Shown here one piece after another: positions 48,097-59,200 of a DNA stretch of 64,000 bases. Within the stretch, counting starts at the first letter, position 1. Each line of letters opens with the position of its first letter. Source of the stretch: Paramoeba atlantica (taxonomy: Eukaryota > Protista > Discosea); NCBI GenBank assembly GCA_977017575.1, contig CDRNVI010000189.1, positions 1-64,000 of the forward strand, in the 5' to 3' direction. The notes under the pieces were generated by a model, which saw only the letters and a list, made by a program, of their open reading frames with translations, was not told the origin of the DNA and did not search any database. Position numbers and translations under genes: made by a program.

Positions 48097-50076
48097 TCAA
48101 GCAATTGAATAATCTTTCACTTCAAAAAAAAAAAAGGAGAAAGAGAGAAGAAGGGGAAAAAAAGAAAGAGAGGGATGAGAGAAAAAAGGGATGAGAGAAA
48201 AAAGGGATGAGAGAAAAAAGGGATGAAAGAAAAAAGAAAAAAAAAAGAAAAAAAAAGTTCCAAAACCTCCTGCATCTTTAGAAAACAATCGCCCACAAGT
48301 AGGATTCGAAAATGAATGGGAAACAGCGAATTCTAGCAACAATTTCATATAAGGAACTTCTCTTCGAGAATGATCTGGGAGCACACCAACATGAGCAATT
48401 TCCACTTCGCCAGGATTTGAGCGATTTAATTCGATAAAGCCTGCAGGACACCCATTGACATTCAAGACACCGAAAAAGATATTAGGGTCACTTAAAATGG
48501 CTCCAAGTTCGTTATCGAGCATGTTTGAACGTGCGTTCCATCCTTTGACAGCGCCAATTGTATTATATAAATAACGATAGAATGAGATAGTTGGACTGGC
48601 TTGACCAATCGACAATTGAACAGCACCATTGGGGGAGATAGGAATCGAAACGTCATATGGAGCAGAAAAGAGCTCAAAGTTGGTCCCTTCTTCACCATCA
48701 GCCTCTTCACCATCATCACCAAAACCAGCCATACGATCTTCTTGATTATCGGCTTTTCCACGCCATTCTTCCAAGGTTTCTTTCATCTGATTACCAACAT
48801 CAAGCATCTTCTTTTCATCCGCTGTTGATTCCTCTTTTGAAACACACGCTTTAATCCAAGGATGTTCAAGAGCTTGTTTGGCAGTGTATCGCGCATCAGG
48901 GTTGACAACGAGAAGATGATCAATAAAGTCTTTGGCAGAATCAGTAATGTGCTCCCAATAATCTTCTTCATACTCATAAATTCCAGATTGAATCATATCG
49001 AGAAGATCTCGAATATCGGGTGAAGCAAATGGAGGGTACCCACAGAGCAGAATATACGTAATCACTCCAATGGACCATAAATCAGCTTGTTTCCAATAAC
49101 CCATTCCTTGGAGAACTTCTGGTGCGACATAATTTGGAGATCCAACAACTGTTTGAATCAACGTATTTGAACCAACAACTTTTGCCAAACCAAAATCACA
49201 AATTCGAATATCTAAATCGTCGTTCTCTTTGTACAAGAGCAAGTTTTCTGGTTTTAAGTCACGGTGAACGATTTTGCGATCATGAAGATAGTCAATTCCA
49301 GATAAAATTCGTTTAATCAGTTCTGCGGCGTATCGCTCTGAATAAGCCCCCTTGTTCAAAATTCGTTCAAATAGTTCTCCTCCTACTGCGATCTCTGTAA
49401 CAATATAGAGATTATCTTCGTCCTCGTACACTCCTTTCAGTTTGATGATACTTTCGTGATCGATTGTTTTAAGTACTTCTACTTCCGTTTGTAAGCTCTT
49501 TGGTGAGACTTCTTTTCCAACTTGACTCTTGTCGATGACCTTGACCGCAACTACTTCGCTCTTCTCTTTTGCTGTTCCTCGGTAGACCTAGAAATTTTTT
49601 TCGGGAAGAAATTGGGGAAAAAAAAGGAGAAAATTTTAATTAATTGATGAAAAAAAAATTAAATTTTGAGCGAGATTCAAGGAAAAAAAAACAATCCTCT
49701 CTTCAAAATACGACCCAAAAACTCAAGAGAGAAAAAACTCATTGAAAAAACTCAAAAAAACAGAGAGAGCGAAGGGAGGGGAGGGGAAGGATGAGAGGAG
49801 AGAGAGAGAGAGAGAGAATGATGATTCAAAAAAAAATGAAACCTTCGCAAAGGCACCAGTCCCAAGAAGATCAGCTTCAGACCAAGTAAAGTGTTCTTTT
49901 ACGTTTGAAGAACAACCATCAAGAAGCATAACCTTCTTGTCCCCGCCCTTTTGATCCGAGATCAAGTCAATTCTCCTCTTCCTTCTCTGTCCAGAAGACT
50001 TCTTCGTTCCCTTCTCCTTCTTCTCTTTCTTTTCTTTAGTTGTCTTTTTTGTCTTTTTTGTCTTCTTCTCGTCCAT
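48097..50076 (-). CDS. CAMK-family Ser/Thr kinase (CaMK1/MLCK-like) fused to a C-terminal GNAT acetyltransferase-like domain; last exon uncertain
   Basis: LGTGAFAK|VY, VAVKVIDK, HRDLKPENLL, DFG, APE, DLWSIGVI intact; the C-terminus has FYRYLYNTIG...GCPAGFIEL...EIAHVGVLP...LLLEFAV. Confidence 0.88.
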
Positions 50077-50534
50077 GGTGAGAGATTATTATTAGTTCTA
50101 TGTGTTCTTTTTTGTTTGTTTGTTGTTTGTTGTTTTTGTTTTTGTTTTCTTGTGTTTTTAAAACTTTTTTTCTCTCTCTTTTTTACACTTCACCTCCGGG
50201 TTTTTCTCCCTTTCCATTAAATTAGCCCCAATTTCGTTTTAATGGGCCGAATTAGGAGCAAACAACTTCTTTTTCAAACATCCGAAAAGACTCGAAACAC
50301 TTTTTTGGAGGTAAGATTTTGTTTCTGAGAAATTGTTGGCCCGAGAAATCGGATTGAGCGTTGAGCGAGATGAAAATTTTATTATTCTTGTCAAGAAAAA
50401 TTGAAAAGAAATTCTTTTCCTCTCTTTGTTTTTTTTAAGAGATTTTTAAAAACCTCTCTTGATGAAAATCAGTCGACTCCTCTTCGTTCACACATAAGAA
50501 AAGGTCAACCGTTTGTTTTTTTGCAACATCATTT

Positions 50535-51292
50535 CTATGGAGAATATTGTCCAAAGGCAGGGAAAATTCCAGTGAATGTTTCCACTGAAATTGTATCTGG
50601 ATCCTGATTTTTTTTTTGTTAAAAAACCAAAAAAAAAAAGAGAAGGGATTTTTGATAAGCACTAACCCTTTGAAGTTGAATCACAACTCCTTCAGCGTGG
50701 TCGGTGATGTTGTTCAAGGTAGTTTTTTCGACAGCTCGAAAGTACAGTTGAAATCGGTACAACTGAGTTTCGTAAGATGCTATGAAAAACGCTTGAGTCT
50801 CTCTTTTTCTTCAATTTGAACATAAAAAATTTCCAAAAAAAAATGAAAGACAAACGAGGACACAACGCGACGTAGGGGTAAACCTCATCCCCATCAATAT
50901 TTCCAAGAGCAGATGCATTGAAAGGAAGAGAACCAACAACAGGAAGATCGGTTACTGCCCAGTGCAAGTAAGTATACCCAAGACCAACTTCGGCGTCTGG
51001 ATCGTCAAGAACCATAACAGCGCTCATTGCATTTCCTGGGGGTTGGCCCCACTTCATCGCTGGAGAAGCGCTTTCACCTCCTGGATATCCGAAGGGAGAA
51101 TAATCTGCTGTGGGACAAGTGTGGATCTGCTTTTATCATGAGATGTGTGGAATGATAACGGTCAAAACAAAAAAAAAAAAAGAGACAAACATTTGATAGA
51201 ACTCCATCAGGAGCAAAGTTCACAGGAGCAAAAAAAGCAGATGTTAACGCCACAAAAAGAAACAAGAACACGCTTTTTTCTTTCCAGTTCAT
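50535..51292 (-). CDS. Secreted PEBP-family protein (YbhB/YbcL-like), ~4 exons
   Basis: Signal peptide; SPAMKWGQPP...AVMVLDDPDA...YLHWAV...PYVALCP...YRFQLY. Confidence 0.75.
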
Positions 51293-51538
51293 CTTTTTTG
51301 AGGAGGAGGGAAGGGGTGTGACAAGAAAAAAAAAGTCAAAGAGTTTCGAAAAAGTTCTTTTTCTGTGGAGTCCCCCTGAAAAAAATAGGACACCGTTTCC
51401 CACCGTTTCTCTTTTTTTCAACTCGCACTTTTTTTCAGTTTGCTCTCTCTTTTCCTTCTTTTTGTTTCATTCTTATCAACTTTCGTTGTCTCTTTTTTTT
51501 CTTTTTTTTTTGTTCTTCTCTTTTGAGTTGGGGCAACA

Positions 51539-54500
51539 ATGAAAAATGCATTTGGTGGCCATAAAGATTACATGGAAGAGAAGAAGCGAAAATTAGATCA
51601 ACAATTCCAAAGTCGTTTTTCTGATGACCCTTCTTCTTGTTCGATCCTCTCAGCGAAGGATCTTTCGAAAGAAAGTTCAATTCAGTTTTGATTCTCTCTT
51701 TTTTTTTTTCAATTGGAAAAGATTGGAGAGAGAACCAAAAAAGGAGTTGATCATTTATTTTTGATAATTTTCTTTTTTCTTTCTTTTGAAAGAGATGGAA
51801 TCTTCAGAGGAGTTCATGTTTACATTACTGGGTTTACTGATCCGCCCCTCCCTGAGCTTCAAAGTTTACTTGGTTCTCTTTCCTCTTTTCTTTCTTCTTT
51901 CCTCTTCCTCTTCTGTTCTGTTCTCAGTTTAATCGATGAAATACAGGGAAAAATGGTGGAAAACATGAACAATATTTATCAAAGAGAGTAACACACATTG
52001 TTGCTTCAAATTTGCCTCTAACAAAAGTCAAAGAATGGAAAAAGAAAGGGTTATTTTTTTCTCTTGAAAGGAGCGAGAGAAAGAGAAAAAGAGATGAGAT
52101 AGATGTTGATAATCAATATCAGAATTCGTCAGTTGAAAATTGTTTCTCCTCACTGGTTGGTTCATTCCGTGGAGCAAGGCCGTCTCCTCCCTTGGATTCA
52201 ATATGATTTGTTTAAATCATTACAAGTATTCATTCTCTTTCCTTTCGTTTTTCTGATTCTTATTATTCTTCTGGGGATTCTTTTTTGTTTAATTTTTGTT
52301 TGAACAAAGAGAGGTGGAGAATTCTCAACAGGAGTATCGTCACTTTATCGAGTCGAGGCATCAACCAAATCCTATCTCAAACCATTTAATCCGCAAACTG
52401 ATCTTGATTCTTCATTTATTCGAAAGGAAAGTCAGGAAAGGGGAGAAGAAAGAACAGAAATCAAAGAACGGGAACAAAATCAAGAAAAAGAACGAGAAAA
52501 CAAACCACAGAAGAAAAGAGAGGAACAACAAAATAGATTCGAACAAAAAACAACAGAAAAAAAGAAAGAAACCCAGACGACAATCAAGAAAACTATCAAA
52601 CAAAACCCTCCACAAAAGATGAAACAGATTCCAAACCCAAGTCTTACAGCAGTGGATGATGACTTTATCAAAAATTATTATAACCATTCCCGGTTACATC
52701 ATCTTTCAACTTGGAAACAAAAGTTTAGAGATGAGATGGCGAAGATGGTAGAAGCAGAGACGAGACTTTATTATGATCCAAGTATTGCTTCGACTACATC
52801 AACAACAAACCCTTCAACAACAACATCAACAACATCAACAACATCATCATCAACAACAAAGAAGACTCGACTTATTTGCCATCTCGATTTCGATTGTTTC
52901 TTTGCGTCAGTGGCGATGAGATATCAACCTGCATTATATGGAAGGCCAGTGGCTGTTTGCCATTCTACTTCTCGTTCTTCTACTTCTACTTCTCAGATTG
53001 CTTGTGTTAATTATGTTGGGAGAAAGTTTGGATTGAGGAATGGGATGTTTGTTGCTGAGGTATGGTTCTATTCCATTTTTCGAAGATTTTTGTTTTGTTT
53101 TATTCTTGTTCTTGCTCTAAAAATGAAATGTAAATTAAAATCCCCTCCTCTCTAAACCTTCCTTTTCTATTTTATCTCTTTTTAGGCTTTCAAGAAATGT
53201 CCAGAACTTGAAGTTGTTCCTTATCAGTTTCCGAAATATGAAAAAATTTCAACGATGTTTTATCGATTTTTATTAAAATATTCCAAAAAAATCCAAGTTG
53301 TGAGGTTTTCTATTCTTTTCTTTCAAGCAATGAAGATTAATTTAATTAGTTAGTCAATTAATTTATTTTTTATTAAATGTAGTGTTTTCAATTATATTTT
53401 CTGTTTGAAACTAACCTTTGTTCTCTCCCTCTTTATCAACCAATAGTTGTGATGAAGCCCTGATAGATATCACGGGATGTGAGAATCCAGAGGCGCTTGT
53501 TTTAAAAATAAGAGAAGAAGTGTTTCAAAATTGTGGTTGTAATTTGAGTTGTGGGATTGGAACAAGTATTCTTGTTGCCAGGATGGCTTGTCGGTTTTTC
53601 TTTTCATTCCTTCATCATCTCTCTTTTTCTTCCTTTTTTCTCTCTTTTTTCTCTCTCATCGCGATTCCTCCATTTTGTGTCTTTAGAAAAGCAAAACCAA
53701 ATGGACAAAAATTGGTGTTGCTTGATCAAACAGATGAATTTGTTGCATCAATGCCAATCTCTTCTCTTCCTGGTTAACTTTCAAGAACTTATTTTATGGA
53801 AATTCGATTTTCTGAATAATTAACAAATTTGATTTCAGGTGTTGGGAGAAATATACTCAAAAAAATCGAGAAATTAGTTTCGCCTCAAATCCAGAGTTGT
53901 AAAGATCTTCGAAGTATCCCAAAAAATGTTCTTCAAACTCATTTTGGAAAAAAAGTGGGGGAAGGTTTGTGGGGAATGTGTCGGGGAATCGATGAGAGAG
54001 AGATTGTTACTGGTTCTTTTTCTTTTGAATTCTTTTCTCTTTCTTTTTTCTGATTTTGGGTCTTTTTATTTTTTAAAAACCTTTTTTTTTCAGATTGGTC
54101 TCGAAAATCAATTGGAGCAGAAGTAAATTGGGGGATGAGATTCACTGAACAAAAAGAAGTCACAAACTTTCTCAAGCAACTCGTCACAGAAGTCGTCTCC
54201 AGAATGAGAGAGTCACGTGTTGCTGGTCTTCGAGTGACCATAAAAGTTAAGAAAGCAAAGAGAGAAGGAGATGGGGAGAGAGGAAGGGGAAAAAGGAAAG
54301 AAAAGGAACGTGGAAAGAATTTGGAAGAAGAGGAAGAAGAAGCAGAAGAGGAAAAAGAGGAAGAAGACGAGATCGATGCAGAAGAAAGAGGGGAGAGAAA
54401 AATTATCCAGCCATACAAATATCTAGGACATGGACCGTGTCATAATTACAGCAAATCAATGACACTCCCCCAATTCACAAACACAGAAAAAGTAATCTTT

Positions 54501-55904
54501 TCGACGAGTAATATTTTGTTAACTGAGTTAAAAATCTTGCCTGTGGAGTTGAGAGGGTTGGGAGTTCATATGAGTAATTTAATTACTGTTTCTGAGTTGA
54601 GCGGTTTTTCTGGGGAGGAAGGAGGAAGAGAAGAGGGGAATGAGGAAGAGAGAAGAGGCGGAAAGAGGCATCAGTCGACGATTTTTGAGAAATTACTGGA
54701 GAAACAAAAGGATCGTGAAAAAGAAGAAGAAAAGGAAAGAGAAGAAAGAAGGAAAGGAAAGAGGGAGGTGGGAGATTCTTCAAGTGGGGAGGTGAAACAA
54801 ATGAATATTGATGCTATTGAAGGAGGGGATGGTTCTCGATTCTCCGAAGGTGCTTGTTTTGTTCCTCCTCCGACCTTATCTCAACTTGATCCAACGGTGA
54901 TTGATGTCCTCCCGGAAGATATTCGGAGAGAGATTGATAGAGAATACGGAAGGTCAACAGAGGAGAGAGAAGGCGACAATGAAGATGATCATCTGAGTTC
55001 TCTTGTCCATTTTGTTGATTTGCCTAATTTCTCTCAACTTGATGAAAGTGTTTTGGGGATGCTTCCTTGTGGATTACGGAAAGAAATTGACATCGAATAT
55101 TGGAAAAGAAAGAAGAACAAGAAGAGGGAAAGAGTGATTGAGGGGCAATTGTTCTTAGAAGATCGGAACCCGCCAAAGAAAGCCAGACAACAAACACTTC
55201 GTGAGACTGGATGTCGAGCTTATGCACAAGAAGGGGATGATTTTGTTCTTCCAATTGCACATAAGATCCAAAAAGAATTCGATGTGGAGATGCTGTTGAC
55301 CTTAAGTCCTTCGCTTATCACAGAGACACTTGAGGGAATGGGTTATCAACGCCAGGATATCTCTGATATTTTGAAATTGAAACACAGGCAAGTGGATCAG
55401 ACAGATATTCAACAACCACACACCCCTCTTCAGCGATTTTCCCCGGTTCAACATCGATCACCAGATAGAGCTCAACAACAACAACAACAACCACAACCTC
55501 AACTTCAAAGAAACCAACAACCAATCCCACAATTAATCCAACACCACCAACAAATTACACAACAGCAACATCCCACCCCTTCAAACAGAACAATTATCAA
55601 GCATGCGCCATCATCACTTCTCTTCTTTCACAGTGAACCAATAGATTTCGAATTTCGTGCCACAGTCAAGAAATGGATGGGAAAGACTCTCCATCCCTCT
55701 CCTCTCCAACAAACAATGCTCTCTCTTTTCTTACAACAACTTGTATTTGAGGGAAACTTGGAGGGTTTGCAATTTATGGTTCGGTTTCTCTCTCATTTTG
55801 CAGAGGATAAATTTCCACAATGGAAGAGTACTGTTGCGAAAGTTGTTCAGGATGTACAGGAGGCAGTTGTTTCAGTGTTTGGTGGTTCCCTTTTGGTGAC
55901 TTGA
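51539..55904 (+). CDS. REV1: DNA repair protein REV1 (BRCT, Y-family deoxycytidyl transferase, two UBMs, C-terminal domain)
   Basis: GGHKDYMEEKKRKLDQQF; BRCT GVHVYITG...THIVAS...PHWLVHSV; YYNHSRLHHLSTWK; HLDFDCFFAS; SCDE; UBMs SQLDPTVIDVLPEDIRREI and SQLDESVLGMLPCGLRKEI. Confidence 0.95.
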
Positions 55905-56275
55905 TTTTTCTTTCTCTTTTATCTATTTTGTGAAATATCCCCCAATCGAACCGAAAAAGTTCTTCACATTTTTGAGGACGATTAGGAACTTGAGTTTCTG
56001 AAACTGAAATTTTCTTCAAAAAAAAAAATCCCATTGAAATGGGCTTTTATGAATTGGAGAAAACTCAATAAAATTCTCAACTTCAACACACTGTTTTTGG
56101 TCGAAGCCTTCGAAAAGGGAATGAAACTTATTTGATCTTTTTTACAGTCAAAATAAATGCAAAAAAGCTTTTACTCCCTTTTCTGGCGCTCTTTTTTTGG
56201 AGCCTTCGTTTCGTTTAAAAAAGTTGAAAAAAAGCGTCTGAGTTTAGAGAAAGGAGAGAAGAGAGAGAGAAAGGG

Positions 56276-59200
56276 ATGGAAGAAGAAAAGAGAAAGAAGA
56301 AAGTTGTGATTAAAGGAGAAGAAAAGAAGAAGAAGAGAGTTGTGGTTGGGATTGTTGGAGTGAAAGGGAGTGGGAAAAAGACTCTGTTGTACCAAACTTT
56401 GGCACGTTTTGGAGATCTCAATTCTTTTGGGATTCGTTGTCCATCAAAGTAATTTTATTTTTTTCATTTTTTTTTTCTTTAAAATTCTTTCCTCCTCTTT
56501 CTTCTTTCTTTTTTTTATTCTTATGAAATTTTGATCAACACAATTTTTCTCGATTCAGTGATGATCTCTTTTCAACTCTTTGGACAAACACTCGCAACTT
56601 AATAAGTGGAGCAAGAAAGGCAAGCCACCAAGGAAATGATGATCTTTGGAATACAATTAAAGATGTTGCTGATTTTAAAATTGGTTTTTCTTCAAAGAAT
56701 ATTGATCTTATTGCTCCTCTTTGGGAAAGAGTTATGACAAGTGTATGTATTTTTTCTCTTCTTTCTTCTCTCCCCTCCCTCCTCTCTTTTTCTCTCTTCT
56801 TTTCTCTTTTTCTTTTTTATCCCTCTCTCAAATTTACACACCATCTCTCTTTTCTTTGATTCACACCCCTCATTCTTTTTCCTTTTCTCAAAAAAAAGGG
56901 AGACAAAACAAAAGAAGCCGTTTACAGATCATGTGTCGGATCACAAAGATTGTCTCCATCTTGGGAATCACTTGCCATTGCCATTCCTCGGATTGTTAAA
57001 GAAAAAGAAGCATTTGAAACAAAATTTGAAGAGTTGGTTCAGGCGAAAGTCGATTCTTTGAAGAGGATTCAGGCTGATTTGAGTTTGGAGGGGAGTGATT
57101 TTTCTTTTGTTGTTCCTGATTCTGCTCAGGTTTTTATTTGCTTTCTCATTTTCTTTTCTTTTTTTTTATATCTATTTTGATTAAGTTTATTAATCAATTT
57201 ATTTATTAAAATAAGCAGAATGAGGAACTCGATCTTCGAATTTTCACGGTTCCAATGAGCGATTTTAATGATACGTCATCTCCAAATCAAAATCTTCTCA
57301 AAGGTTTTTTTTTTTTAATAACAAGAAATTATTTGTTTTCCCACCCAAAAACAAAAGAGTAAAATTATTTTACCAAGAAACCCAACACAAGAACAATAAT
57401 TGAAAATCCGAAAAATATCTTTCTGATAAGTCTCTCTCTTTCCCTCTCCCCAAAAAAAAACAACAGAATCATACCAATCTTGGCAGAAAACATCTTCACT
57501 TTCCCAAACCCCAACAATCCTCTTCTTCACAGGATACGATTTATTCAAAAAAAAGATCCAAAATGGAATACAATTAAAAGATTTTTTCACTGATTTTGAA
57601 GGTCCAAAAAATGATCCCCTAGAAGCTCTCCATTTCATAATCCAAAAATTCTCTTCTGCATCTTCTGTTGAATTATTAAAAAATGGACATGTCATTCTGT
57701 GTGTTGGATCAGCTCTTGACCCAACCTCCATCTCCAATTTCCAGCGTGTTTTGATTCCGTTTTGTCAAAGAAAATCGTTTCAAAATCTGCCACATGTTGC
57801 GTTTGATTTGACCCATCCTGAGATGGCTCTCTCTATTACCGATTCAAACCCTCCATCAAATGAAGTCCAACTACTTCAGAATCTCTTCTTTGAATCTTCT
57901 TCGAAAGATATCACCCTTACGGCCATTCCCAATTTCGAAACCGCTCAACTATCATTCAAACACCAGATGAAATGTGCAGATGGAGCTCTAAACTTTTTCT
58001 CAAACCCATTCGTGACGACAAAACGACTCGATTTAAAATATTTAAAACGTGGTTCAATGGACGAAGCTACCTCAGCATGGAAAAAGATCAAACCTGAAAA
58101 TTGTAATGAAGGAACAGTTGGTTTTCGTCACCCAACCATCACAAGTTTCTTTGGCGTCTCTTTAGACCCCCCAGCGTTCGTAATGGAATATATGGAGGGG
58201 GGAGATCTTTCTTCTTATTTGAATGAACCACTTGGTATTCTTGGTGATTTGGTTCGTGTTCTTGAAACGTTGTGGCGTGCGGTCGGTGTTGTCACAATCC
58301 AGCGAGAAGTTGCGGAAAAGACTTTGAAATCTGTCCCACTGGATCTTAATTTGGAGACATTGTGTCATGGTTCATTTCAATTCGAAGCGATTCCAAAGTT
58401 TAAAAAGTGGAGAGAGATGTTGGATGTTTGTCCAAGAGCGGGGAAAAAAGAAAAAGGAGAGGTTGAATTGTTGGAAAATAGTGTCACGCGTGCTTTGAAT
58501 GATTTTTTGAAAGATCCAAATGATAAAAGGAAGAATGAAACTGTGGGGGAGGTTATTAAGGATGTTTCAACTTTGGGAAGGAGACATGGATCTCTTGTTG
58601 GTTTGTTTTTGGATGTGTTTTTTTAATTTTTTTTTTTTGGTGGGTTTTTAGGGTTTTAATTAATTTTCTTGTTTTTTTGGTTTTTCAAAAAGAAAATACT
58701 TTCATTTTTCCAGAAGATTTATTAATCTTAAAATTAAAAACTCACTCATTTTGTGGAATAGGTGATGTGGATTGGAATATTCGATTAAAGATTGCTCTTG
58801 ATGTTATTTCTGGAATTCTCCATCTTCTCTCTCGCTCTCCTTCAGTCCTTATGTCTGATTTGAGTGTATTCTTTTTCTTTCTTTGATTCTTTTTCTTTTT
58901 TTTCTTTTTGAAATTTTAATCATTCTTCATTATTTAGTCTTCAATGATCTTATTGACAAAAGATCCGTTAAAGATCAAGATTGACGATCCTGAGTGGATT
59001 GTCGCGCCACTCGCAAAGGTTTCCTTTCATTTTCACTCTTTTTTTTTTTGGAATGAAAGAAATCTCTTTCTTTTAATACTTTTCGAATCTGATCCAATTT
59101 TTTTCATGATTTAGTTGGTGTATTTGGGACCATACCAAAAACTGATTGAGGTTGGGAAGATGGAAGGTGAAGTGTCTTGGACTGCTCCTGAAGTTCTTCG

